64,000 nt of DNA from Candidatus Bathyarchaeota archaeon. Lineage in GTDB: Archaea > Thermoproteota > Bathyarchaeia > Bathyarchaeales > Bathycorpusculaceae. Location of the stretch: positions 576,001 through 640,000 of the forward strand of contig CAWEPZ010000002.1 of the NCBI GenBank assembly GCA_963811105.1. Reading direction: 5' to 3'. Every line of letters starts with the position of its first letter. The stretch's first letter is position 1. A program made the translations under genes and the position numbers. Below the pieces are notes generated by a model. That model ran no database searches. It was not told the DNA's origin and worked only from the letters and a program-made list of their open reading frames with translations. Positions 44,925 through 54,011 of the stretch are shown here, piece by piece.

Positions 44925-45872
44925 TTGGTGAAAAACAAAATGAGTCAACTAACTAATCCGTTAGAAGTCCTCAAATCGCTCTCAGAAGCAACAAGCATGC
45001 TAATCAAGAAAACCTCGGAGTCAGTTGTCAGCGTAAAAGCGCAGATGTCACACGGAACAGGCGTTGTTTTAACAAAAGACGGCTACATCGTCACCTGTAA
45101 TCATGTCCTCGGCGGATGCAATACAATCAAAATTGGTCAAGGAGAAAAAACATTCAACGCCAAAATCGTTGGAACGGACCCATACAACGACATAGCTCTC
45201 TTAAAGACGGAGAAGGGAGAATTTACACCCATAGAGACGGGTAATTCAGAGAAACTAAGCGTCGGCCAATATGTTTTTGCTCTTGCTAACCCATTTAACC
45301 GAAGCCAGTCCACTGCCACCACAGGCATCATAACTAACGTAAACAGCACAATCAGAGGTTGGCGAGGTATGACACAAATGGAAAACGTCATTGCGACCGA
45401 TGCACAACTTAATCCAGGATTCAGTGGCGGGCCACTCGTTGATGTAGAAGGCAGAATTATCGGCATAAACACAGCTTATGTTTGGCAAAGAGGCATTGCT
45501 ATTCCTATAAACAAGGTAAAAGCCGTCGCCGAAAGGTTGATGACTGGAAGAGTCACTCAAAAAGGTTATCTGGGCATAATTGCCAACACTGTTGCTATTC
45601 CAGAAGAAATCGCTGAACAAGCAGGCTTAGAACAGGAAACTGGAGTTATGATTTTCTCTGTTGAAGCTGGATCGCCAGCACGCAAGGCAGGATTAGCCAT
45701 GGGGGATGTCCTAGTCAAATTTAACGGCAAACCCGTCACTGAATTCTACGACCTTCCAAGACTACTCGCTGAAGACGTAATAAATAAAGAAACCAAGCTA
45801 ACAATCATCAGACGAGAAAACCTGATCGAAACAACCATAGTTCCGACTGTTCACGGAGGCGAAGAAGAATAA
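44925..45872 (+). CDS. HtrA/DegP-like serine protease with PDZ domain
   Basis: TCNHV, DIALL, NPGFSGGPL triad; C-terminal PDZ; no signal peptide. Confidence 0.92.
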   Translation: MVKNKMSQLTNPLEVLKSLSEATSMLIKKTSESVVSVKAQMSHGTGVVLTKDGYIVTCNHVLGGCNTIKIGQGEKTFNAKIVGTDPYNDIALLKTEKGEFTPIETGNSEKLSVGQYVFALANPFNRSQSTATTGIITNVNSTIRGWRGMTQMENVIATDAQLNPGFSGGPLVDVEGRIIGINTAYVWQRGIAIPINKVKAVAERLMTGRVTQKGYLGIIANTVAIPEEIAEQAGLEQETGVMIFSVEAGSPARKAGLAMGDVLVKFNGKPVTEFYDLPRLLAEDVINKETKLTIIRRENLIETTIVPTVHGGEEE

Positions 45873-46012
45873 TAAATCGTTCTCCATTAGAACTTGAACC
45901 GCCAACACCAATGCAACCACCACCGCTTAGGCGTTCCCCTTACCCGACACTACGAATTAACAGTGCAAACGCTGTTGATTCCATGGCTCCTTTTCCGTCT
46001 GTTTTTGATTAG
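45869..46012 (+). CDS. Putative 47-aa Pro-rich peptide coupled to the protease gene
   Basis: GGAGG SD, ATA overlapping the protease TAA, open to TAG 46012, then a T-tract. Confidence 0.35.
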   Translation: MINRSPLELEPPTPMQPPPLRRSPYPTLRINSANAVDSMAPFPSVFD

Positions 46013-46088
46013 GCAGAGAGCCCCTTTCCTTTTTTTTAAACCTGTTTAAATTAATTTATAAGCAGATTCTAACTATCCAGTACTACAA

Positions 46089-46493
46089 GTGGTTTGCATG
46101 CATGCAGGACTAGCTTTCCTCATAGGCATTTTAGTTACGATTGCGGCTTTCCTATTTTACGCTGCAATTTCAGGAACAACCTACTATGGGCTGGCTATTC
46201 AGGTTGAAGTAACACTTGCGGTAGCCCTCACAGTTGTTGCAATTATTGCAGTGCTCATATTCTATGCAGGGGTCAAAGCTCAATTTAGACGGGTAAAAAC
46301 AGGCAAAGAAGCCTTAATTGGAGCTAAGGGTATAGTAACCAGCGACCTTAAACCAGAAGGTGAAGTCCGGGTAATGGGTGAGTTCTGGGAAGCCACCACA
46401 AAAGATGCAATTATAGCTGCAGGTCAACCTGTTGAAGTCATAAGCCTAGAAGGCATGTTCCTCGTGGTGAAACCAGCCGAGCAAAAGCCTTAA
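46089..46493 (+). CDS. NfeD-family (short, OB-fold) membrane protein
   Basis: TGKEALIG...LKPEGEVRVMGEFWEA; upstream of stomatin. Confidence 0.9.
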   Translation: MVCMHAGLAFLIGILVTIAAFLFYAAISGTTYYGLAIQVEVTLAVALTVVAIIAVLIFYAGVKAQFRRVKTGKEALIGAKGIVTSDLKPEGEVRVMGEFWEATTKDAIIAAGQPVEVISLEGMFLVVKPAEQKP

Positions 46494-46537
46494 TTCTTCA
46501 AGCAGCAAATACCAATACTTGTTGAGGATGTGAAAAA

Positions 46538-47401
46538 TTGGTTGATGTTTTAACTCCGATCATCGGTTTTATAGCCATTGTAGTAGCACTTTTCCTGTTA
46601 AGCGGTATTCGTGTTTTGAGAGAATGGGAGCGAATGCCAGTCTTAAGGCTCGGGCGCTACGTCGGTTTGAAGGGTCCTGGACTCATCTATCTTATTCCAT
46701 TAATTGACAGGGCACCTCTAAAAATCTCTACAAGATTAGACACTATTCAATTCCGCACAGAGTCAACTTTAACCAAAGATAACGTTCCAGTAAATGTTGA
46801 TTCAGTTTTGTACATGAAGCCCGTAGATTTAGAGAAGGCAGTGTTGGCAGTTGAAAATTACTATCAAGCTACCCAATTGGCATCACAAACTACACTTAGG
46901 GAAGTCATTGGAAAAGTTAGCCTCAACGAATTGCTTGCTGAACGTGAAAAAGTCGGAGCTCACTTACGTGAAATCATCGACGAAAAAACGGAGTCTTGGG
47001 GAATCAAAGCTACTGCTGTCGAAGTTCGTGATGTCATTATCCCAAGTAACCTTCAAGATGCCATGAGCCGCCAAGCACAGGCTGAACGGGAACGCATGGC
47101 AAGAGTAACTTTAGCTACTGCTGAGTTCGAAGCGTCGGCAAAAATGATTGAAGCAGCAAAAATGTACGAGGCAAGCCCAGAGGGTCTAAGACTTAGGTGG
47201 ATGAACATACTCTACGAGTTAGGACAGCAATCACAAACAAACACAATCATGTTAGTGCCAGCATCCATGCCTGAAGCAGGTTGGCCTCCAGTTGGAACCT
47301 ACGGCTTCAAAGACCTAACCATGGCACAACAAGCCCAAGCTGCAAAGAAGAAACCATTACCCAGCCAAGAACCTACTCTGCAATCAGAACAACCTGAGTA
47401 A
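46538..47401 (+). CDS. SPFH/stomatin-like protein
   Basis: LTKDNVPV, QTTLREVIG, RQAQAERE. Confidence 0.93.
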   Translation: MVDVLTPIIGFIAIVVALFLLSGIRVLREWERMPVLRLGRYVGLKGPGLIYLIPLIDRAPLKISTRLDTIQFRTESTLTKDNVPVNVDSVLYMKPVDLEKAVLAVENYYQATQLASQTTLREVIGKVSLNELLAEREKVGAHLREIIDEKTESWGIKATAVEVRDVIIPSNLQDAMSRQAQAERERMARVTLATAEFEASAKMIEAAKMYEASPEGLRLRWMNILYELGQQSQTNTIMLVPASMPEAGWPPVGTYGFKDLTMAQQAQAAKKKPLPSQEPTLQSEQPE

Positions 47402-47442
47402 ACCAAAATTTTTTCTTTTCTTTCGCTTGGCAATCCAAATAT

Positions 47443-48465
47443 TTAGGCTTCTTTTACTGCTTTCACCGTGCGTTCCAGTAAAAGTTGAGCCGCTTCTTGA
47501 CTTGGCCAACCGCCTAAACCGCAGTCAGGACCTGTAAAAGTCATCTGCTCACCGTACTTTTCTTTAGCAAATCTAAACCTTTTCCTGATAATTTCTTCTG
47601 ACTCAACAAGTTGCACTGCTAAAGGTTTAGCGATGCCCCTCTCGTATAGTTCAGCCAAAATACTGTCAATATCTGTTCTGGAAACGCCAACTCTAATTTG
47701 CTTATTAGCCCTCTCCAGCATGTTTTTAGGCACCGCCTCAATGTTTCTAGGCGAAGCTGCGTACTCAAACGATAATACGTCAAGGTTTTTGATAGAAAGC
47801 AAATCGTGTACCCCGGCCACTGAATGCAAATGAATCTGTCGTGTGGCACCTTGGAAATCAAATGCTTTTTCAAGTACTCCGCGAACAATGTCAGGGGCGG
47901 CTTGGATATTGTTGTAGCCGAAGCTTGGCTCATCGATCGAAACGGCTTTGGTTTCGATGTACTTGCTGTTTAGGATGCTGTTTTTTGCAAAACGCCTAAT
48001 AGTCTCTGCCAAAGAATCCAGCACATCTTGATAAGGAGTTTTCCCCACCTCATGGAGATACTGCTCGAGCGGACCGAAAATCGATACTCGCAGCCGAATT
48101 TTTTTGCCAAACTTTTCGCTTAGCGCCTTAGCCTGTTGATTAAGTAAGTACACTTCAGGTATAACCGCACTTTTCTCTTCTACAAGAAACGAGCCTGATT
48201 CCATTGCTACATGCAAAACATCGCCTATTTGCTTAATACCATCATACTGCTGCGGAAAATTAACTACATCTAAGCCTGAATCTACTTTTTTCCAAAAAGA
48301 ATCAAGAACAGGAATACAAAAGTTCTTTTGGAGAAAATCATCTTTTGAGAGGTCTTTTCCGTTAATTGCTGCTTCTCTTGCCTGCCGGTATGCTGTGTTG
48401 AAGGTATCCCTATTTAGATTTGATGGAAGGGGAAAACTTCCTATATCATCAACTAAAGTGTCCAT
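47443..48465 (-). CDS. Core (MetE C-domain-like) methionine synthase family protein
   Basis: DDIGSFP, SIDEPS, IHLH, GPDCGL. Confidence 0.8.
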   Translation of the reverse strand: MDTLVDDIGSFPLPSNLNRDTFNTAYRQAREAAINGKDLSKDDFLQKNFCIPVLDSFWKKVDSGLDVVNFPQQYDGIKQIGDVLHVAMESGSFLVEEKSAVIPEVYLLNQQAKALSEKFGKKIRLRVSIFGPLEQYLHEVGKTPYQDVLDSLAETIRRFAKNSILNSKYIETKAVSIDEPSFGYNNIQAAPDIVRGVLEKAFDFQGATRQIHLHSVAGVHDLLSIKNLDVLSFEYAASPRNIEAVPKNMLERANKQIRVGVSRTDIDSILAELYERGIAKPLAVQLVESEEIIRKRFRFAKEKYGEQMTFTGPDCGLGGWPSQEAAQLLLERTVKAVKEA

Positions 48466-48534
48466 AAACCATATTGATTTAAGGAAATTCTATTAAAGAT
48501 AATCCTAACTTTAAACGGCTGAAAGGTATGACTT

Positions 48535-48942
48535 ATGTCGGAATGCATATTCTGCCAAATAATCAAAAAACAAGTGCCTGCAAGCATAGTCTATGAGGAC
48601 GAGCAAGTAATGGCTTTTTTAAGCAATCATCCAGTGAACATGGGGCATACACTTGTTGTTCCCAAGAAACATTACGTTAACCTCTTCGAGATTCCAGAGG
48701 AAGAAGCAGCCTACCTCTTCAGGATTGTAAAGCGTATCACGCTTGCGGTTAAAGACACTGCAAATTCCGATGCTATTAGAATAGTGCAAAATAACGGCAA
48801 AGATGCTGGTCAAATCATTTTCCACTTGCACGTTCACATTATTCCCATGAAACCAAGTAACCATTCCTGGGATGAGCACGGGTTTCAAACGGCTGAATTA
48901 CTGGAGATAGACGCTGAGAAAATCAGGTTGCGCGTTCAATAG
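48535..48942 (+). CDS. HIT family hydrolase
   Basis: CIFC, GHTLVVPK, HLHVHIIP. Confidence 0.95.
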   Translation: MSECIFCQIIKKQVPASIVYEDEQVMAFLSNHPVNMGHTLVVPKKHYVNLFEIPEEEAAYLFRIVKRITLAVKDTANSDAIRIVQNNGKDAGQIIFHLHVHIIPMKPSNHSWDEHGFQTAELLEIDAEKIRLRVQ

Positions 48943-49211
48943 CTTTGTTGGACCAAGAGAAGTATAATTTGATATTAAATTCTAAACAAAGTAAACTGCT
49001 GACCTATTTTTATGACAATTTGTTCCCACTGACGCCATAGCATTTTGTAAACCCTTCTTTTAAGGTAAAATCTTTTGCTCTCTCTTTAGACGGCGCTGTC
49101 TCAGCCAAAAGTTGAACACTGCCCAGCGAAGAATCGTTTAGAAGCCTTTTTCTAAGGCACACATATAAAAGAGTGAAAAACAACATTGCTCATCGATAAA
49201 AGCTGAATAAC

Positions 49212-49559
49212 ATGACGCAAGAACCAAACGAACAAAACAACCCTATCCCATCAGCACCTCAAATCGAGAAACTTTTAATCGACGACCCCTCAAACTTTCA
49301 GTTCCATGCTGCATACCTTGTTTATTCAGAAATCTTTGACACGTCAAATGAGGAAGCAAAAAAAGAACTTAACCAGAATCTTGAAAATTTAAAAGCTAAC
49401 AAAATAGATGCCCAAACATTTTACCTTAACATTTCACGCTACCGCAAAATAGACCAACCTATGCAAAGAGGCGGAAAATTCACAGTGGCAACTCAACGCA
49501 AGAAAGATTGGCGTATGAAGACTCAACGGTCGGAACGAATCAAGAGGCACAAGAAATAA
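49212..49559 (+). CDS. Hypothetical protein with basic C-terminus
   Basis: 115-aa ORF with upstream TATA-like element. Confidence 0.7.
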   Translation: MTQEPNEQNNPIPSAPQIEKLLIDDPSNFQFHAAYLVYSEIFDTSNEEAKKELNQNLENLKANKIDAQTFYLNISRYRKIDQPMQRGGKFTVATQRKKDWRMKTQRSERIKRHKK

Positions 49560-49701
49560 AGCTCTGTTCAATTTCTTTAAAACGTTATTTTAAGCAAACG
49601 GTTTATTCTTTAATGTTTAGTCATGTTTAAACATTATAAACGGAATGCTTAATTGGGCATAATTAGCTTTTGTAGTTTAAATTACTTCAAAGGGATAGCT
49701 A

Positions 49702-50472
49702 TTGAAAACACTAGATATCGCCGTCATAGGTGTTTGCGCGGCACTTTATGCAGTAGTTGGACGCTTAACAGATTTAGGTGTAACATTTCTTGGTGTGGCA
49801 TTTTGGCCAGCCGTTGTAATACCAGCCATCTTTGCCGTACTATATGGACCATGGGTAGGAGGTATCGGTGGGGCAATTGGCATTTTCATCCGAGACATGC
49901 TTTTCCACGGAAACGCCGCTTTAAGCCTCACTGCTGGTGTCCCGCCAAATTTCATCTTGTTCTTCCTCATCGGTTATATGTCTGCAAGAAATATCGATAA
50001 TAGGAAGATCGCGGTTGCCCTAGTCCTTTCCGTTGCGGTAGTTATCACTGGACTCATAGTACCTACATTAGTTTTTCCAGCTGAGTTCTCAACATTAACT
50101 GGTGGTTTGTCATCAGCCGAAATACTTCTAGTGTTCGGTCTAACTGTAGTGCTAAGTTTAGTTGTTATTAGTGCTGTGGCTATTCATTGGAAACAATGGA
50201 GAAGCTTCGCTGTTGCAGCTATCATTGGGCAAGCGGCAGGAGCAGGTTTGCTTTCCGTCACAATATGGGCGGTCAGTCCACTGTTCCTTTCTTACTTTAA
50301 AGGCCCCGTCGGAGCTACTTTCATCCTTCCACTATTCGTTTGGACTTTCGCCACGGAGATACCGTTCATTCTCCTCGTGGGACCGCCAATAATAAAAGCG
50401 TGCTACAGAGCATTTCCAAGCCTCAGGCAAAGACAATTCGGTAGCCAAGAAAAAGGCGAAACCATTGACTAA
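49702..50472 (+). CDS. ECF transporter S component (probably for a CoA precursor)
   Basis: AALYA...GPWVGGIGGAIG; operon with pantoate kinase and PPAT. Confidence 0.8.
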   Translation: MKTLDIAVIGVCAALYAVVGRLTDLGVTFLGVAFWPAVVIPAIFAVLYGPWVGGIGGAIGIFIRDMLFHGNAALSLTAGVPPNFILFFLIGYMSARNIDNRKIAVALVLSVAVVITGLIVPTLVFPAEFSTLTGGLSSAEILLVFGLTVVLSLVVISAVAIHWKQWRSFAVAAIIGQAAGAGLLSVTIWAVSPLFLSYFKGPVGATFILPLFVWTFATEIPFILLVGPPIIKACYRAFPSLRQRQFGSQEKGETID

Positions 50473-51424
50473 ACAAATGATAAAATCAGCAAAAGCCTTT
50501 GCACCAGCAGCAATATCCAGCTTCTTTGAAATCCACGATACTGAAGGCATCAAGCCAATTGCTAATTTAGAAAAAATGGGTGCTCGAGGTGGAGGATTTG
50601 GGCTTCAAAAAGGTATTCTAACCAAGGTAACCGCGCAAGAAGCAGAAAAAACTAGCGTTGAGATATCCATTAATTCCAAGCCTGCTTTGGAAGCAAAGAC
50701 AACAAGACTGGCGGTTGAAACATTTCTTGCGAAAACTGAACAAGAATACGCTGTTTCGGTTGAGCATCAAGTTGATGTTCCTATTGGAACAGGATTCGGC
50801 ACTAGTGCAGGCGGAGCCTTAACCGCATGTTTGGCGCTGAAAGAAGCTTTAGCATTGCCCTTAACCTACAATCAAATAGGCAAAATAGCCCACATTGCAG
50901 AAATTAAATGTCAAACGGGATTAGGCACAGTAAGCTCATTAACATTTACTGGCGGCTGCGTACTTGTTGTTGAACCAGGTGCCCCAGGCATATGCCAACT
51001 TGACCGCATACCAATAACCCCTGATTATCTGATTGTAGCGGGCGTTTTCCAGTCAAACGTGTCAAAAAAAACGATTTTATCAGACCCAGAGAAAAAGAAA
51101 ATTATTAACCGCTATGGCAAGAAAACCTTACAGGCAATCCTTGATGAACCCAGTTTAGAAAATTTTCTTGAGCGGTGCTGGGAATTTTCGGAAAAGTCAG
51201 GCATTGCAACGCCGAATGTTCGTCAACTAGTCAAACTGGCTAAGAAGGCTGGCGCAGTTGGTGCTGCCCAAAATATGATTGGGGAAGCTGTACATGCATT
51301 GGTGCTTGAAGAAAATGTCGGTCAGGTGGCGGAAGCTTTTAAGAAGCTTTTGCCCTCTGAACAAGTTATAGTAAGTAAAATTGAGCTCCAAGGCGCTAGG
51401 CTGATTGGTCATGCAGAAATATAA
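50465..51424 (+). CDS. Pantoate kinase (GHMP family)
   Basis: PIGTGFGTSAG, AHIAEI...TGLG, AQNMIG. Confidence 0.88.
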   Translation: MTKQMIKSAKAFAPAAISSFFEIHDTEGIKPIANLEKMGARGGGFGLQKGILTKVTAQEAEKTSVEISINSKPALEAKTTRLAVETFLAKTEQEYAVSVEHQVDVPIGTGFGTSAGGALTACLALKEALALPLTYNQIGKIAHIAEIKCQTGLGTVSSLTFTGGCVLVVEPGAPGICQLDRIPITPDYLIVAGVFQSNVSKKTILSDPEKKKIINRYGKKTLQAILDEPSLENFLERCWEFSEKSGIATPNVRQLVKLAKKAGAVGAAQNMIGEAVHALVLEENVGQVAEAFKKLLPSEQVIVSKIELQGARLIGHAEI

Positions 51425-51890
51425 GAAAGTAGCAGTTGGCGGAACCTTTGATGAACTTCATAGAGGACACAGAACGTTGCTAGGAAAAGCTTTTGAAATC
51501 GGCGATAAAGTTGTCATAGGTTTGTCTTCAAATGAATTCGTATCAAAAATGGGCAAACCACACATAACTGCACCTTACGCCGAAAGGTATAGGGAAATAG
51601 AGGCTTACTTAGAAAAGTCTGGCTTGGCTGAAAGAGCAGAAATCGTCCCCTTAAATGACCCTTATGGCCTAACAATATCTGGCAAGGGCTTAGACGCATT
51701 AGTTGTAAGCAAAGAAACAGAAGTGATAGCCGCTAAAATAAATAAAATAGGAAAGGAAGCTGGTTTTTCACCATTAAGAATTGTAACCGTAAGCATGGTC
51801 CCTGCGGAAAACTGCTCGCCGATTTCTACAACTCGAGTTAGATATGGAGAAATCGACCGGAATGGCCACTTGCTTAACACTCCACAATGA
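51405..51890 (+). CDS. coaD: Archaeal phosphopantetheine adenylyltransferase
   Basis: GGTFDELHRGH, LVVSKET, ISTTRVR. Confidence 0.92.
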   Translation: MVMQKYKKVAVGGTFDELHRGHRTLLGKAFEIGDKVVIGLSSNEFVSKMGKPHITAPYAERYREIEAYLEKSGLAERAEIVPLNDPYGLTISGKGLDALVVSKETEVIAAKINKIGKEAGFSPLRIVTVSMVPAENCSPISTTRVRYGEIDRNGHLLNTPQ

Positions 51891-51893
51891 TTG

Positions 51894-52691
51894 CTACAAT
51901 ATTTCTCCTATCACATTGATAGGTTTACTAATTGACGACATTAAATCTTCAAGCCTCTCTTTATCAACAGTGGTAAGAATTACTGTAGCTGGACCAGCAG
52001 ATTTGTTGAAATCCAAACCCTGCACTTCCATGAGCTTGAGTTGTCTGCCGACCCCATATGCCATCATTCTTGCCTCATCAGCGATACCGAAAGTCCCAAC
52101 AGCTGCAATGTCATGTACATATTTTTTTTGCGATAGTTGAATTACATTTTTGAGGTCTGCAATTTCGCCTTTTACTTCTGACAAAATTACTTCTTCGCCA
52201 ACTTTTGGTTTACCAATGGCGACTATTAAATCACCTGGGATTGTTTTCCCAAGTCGTAGCTCTTCTTCATTTGCAAAGCCAACTACAGTTAACCCTGCGC
52301 CAGTTTGTACAGTTTCGAAATTGTCTTCAGTGTTTTCCATGAGCACTTGGTTTGGGTCAAGCCCTATGCTTCTGGCTTCTCGGCTTATTCCTTGAATTAT
52401 TTCGTTTCCTGTTGGGTCCTTTTCAACGCCTAAAGTAACGGATAACAACAGAGGAAAGGCTCCTGTCGCAGTCACATCCATTAAGGCAACTCTTGCCAAA
52501 AACTTTCCCAAAACACCCCCGTCAACTTTGACTTTATCCATGATTTTTGGACCTACTGCTCCTGATGATGTTGATCCCGTTACAATAGCGTGGCCTGTTG
52601 GAATTCGAAGAATTGAAACGTCGCCTCTGCGGGTGTAGGCAATTTGGGCTGGTTTAACTTGGAACGCTAAAGGCCTAAGTATTGTCCCCAC
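51894..52691 (-). CDS. AIR-synthase-related protein, alpha-ribazole kinase (CblS)-like
   Basis: GAVGPK..D, RVALMDV.ATGA, TEDNFETVQTG, KSAGPAT. Confidence 0.75.
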   Translation of the reverse strand: MGTILRPLAFQVKPAQIAYTRRGDVSILRIPTGHAIVTGSTSSGAVGPKIMDKVKVDGGVLGKFLARVALMDVTATGAFPLLLSVTLGVEKDPTGNEIIQGISREARSIGLDPNQVLMENTEDNFETVQTGAGLTVVGFANEEELRLGKTIPGDLIVAIGKPKVGEEVILSEVKGEIADLKNVIQLSQKKYVHDIAAVGTFGIADEARMMAYGVGRQLKLMEVQGLDFNKSAGPATVILTTVDKERLEDLMSSISKPINVIGEIL

Positions 52692-53018
52692 GTTCTCCAC
52701 AAGGTGCAAATATACCGTTAAAGCTTGACGCATTACTTCTGAACGGGAAAGGCCATGTTCTTTCAGCTAGATTATCAATGTCCGAAATCACTTTATCTGG
52801 TAAACGTACGTTTATTATTTCCAAAACCTGCACCTCTGGTTACTTGAGTTGTACACCTACCTTATTATTTACTACTTAAAATTGTTAAGGAAATTTCCAT
52901 GAAACATTCCTTTGAGCGGAATCTCAATGGAAGATGGATCAAATTTCTTAAGGTTAGAGCAAATAGCACAAATGTTATATGCTTCATTGACCTAAAAAAC
53001 TGGAAGGGAGAGCTAACT

Positions 53019-54005
53019 ATGAGAAATAACAACAAAATCTTAACTCTAAGTATAATCTTTCTACTAACTTTAACCACAATATATGTAAGCGCAGCGTCTA
53101 TGGCACCTGCAAAAGCAGCAGACACTGCCACATACATCCAAAAATATACCATAAAAGATGGGACCACTGGAGACTTTATTTATTCCAATGATCTCACCAC
53201 CGGCTCAGCCAGTGGTAATTTACAAATAAGTAACGGGCAAGAATTGCAAGTTACAGTTACAATAAAAATCTCCACTAGCAATCCATCATCCAGCTTAACG
53301 CTTAGCACAGGCATGGCTCATCCGAGCGGTGACCACTACTGGGCACATGATTCGAGTGATGGATACAACTTGGGGGCTTACAATCCTAATTCCGCAAGTT
53401 TCTCATTCACCCAGACGGCTGGAACCTTTACAATAACCTGCTTTGGAGTGGCATCAGGCGTAGTTGCAATTTCAGCGGGCGGAATAACATTACATAAGTC
53501 AGTACCCGTCAGCTTAGTTGCACTCAAGGATCCCAGCGGAACAATATTGGACGAAATAAAGCCAAACATCACAGACGCATCTATCAACGAATATAACACT
53601 AAACTGAAAGATGCACAGAATAAATTATCAAGTCTTGGCGGCGCTGACCCATCTTGGACTAGCTTAGCCCAAAATGTAATAAGTGCATCTCAGACTGTTG
53701 CTGACCAAGGTTTAACTGATAATGCAATCGCGATGCTTGACAGCTTAAACAATGCAAGTGCACCAGCGTCAGGAGCACTCCAAATACTCTTTATACCCTT
53801 GATAGCAATATTCGCAGTCTTGGCAGGACTATTTGGATTCATGTTCATGAGAAATAGAAGCAAAGTAAGCTACTACAAACTTGTGGTTGAAGACCAAATC
53901 AAAGACCTCGAAGGCTTGACCCTCAGAGCTTCAAAGATCGACAGAACAATGGCTTCAAACCTTGATGGCGTGAAAGACAGATTGAAACGGTTAGTTGGGA
54001 TGTGA
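53019..54005 (+). CDS. Single-pass membrane protein: signal peptide, Ser/Thr-rich beta domain, helical stalk, TM, ~50-aa cytoplasmic coiled tail
   Basis: ATG 53019 after GGAAGGGAG; hydrophobic N-terminus; TM LQILFIPLIAIFAVLAGLFGFMFM followed by RNRSK. Confidence 0.85.
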   Translation: MRNNNKILTLSIIFLLTLTTIYVSAASMAPAKAADTATYIQKYTIKDGTTGDFIYSNDLTTGSASGNLQISNGQELQVTVTIKISTSNPSSSLTLSTGMAHPSGDHYWAHDSSDGYNLGAYNPNSASFSFTQTAGTFTITCFGVASGVVAISAGGITLHKSVPVSLVALKDPSGTILDEIKPNITDASINEYNTKLKDAQNKLSSLGGADPSWTSLAQNVISASQTVADQGLTDNAIAMLDSLNNASAPASGALQILFIPLIAIFAVLAGLFGFMFMRNRSKVSYYKLVVEDQIKDLEGLTLRASKIDRTMASNLDGVKDRLKRLVGM

Positions 54006-54011
54006 TAAGCG

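Noticed and set aside
46089-47401. nfeD-stomatin pair as a novel membrane system
   Set aside because: Widespread, well-described operon
54003-54008. Selenocysteine or stop readthrough producing an anchor-tubulin fusion
   Set aside because: Two consecutive different stops (TGA TAA) make readthrough implausible, and no SECIS-like evidence was seen
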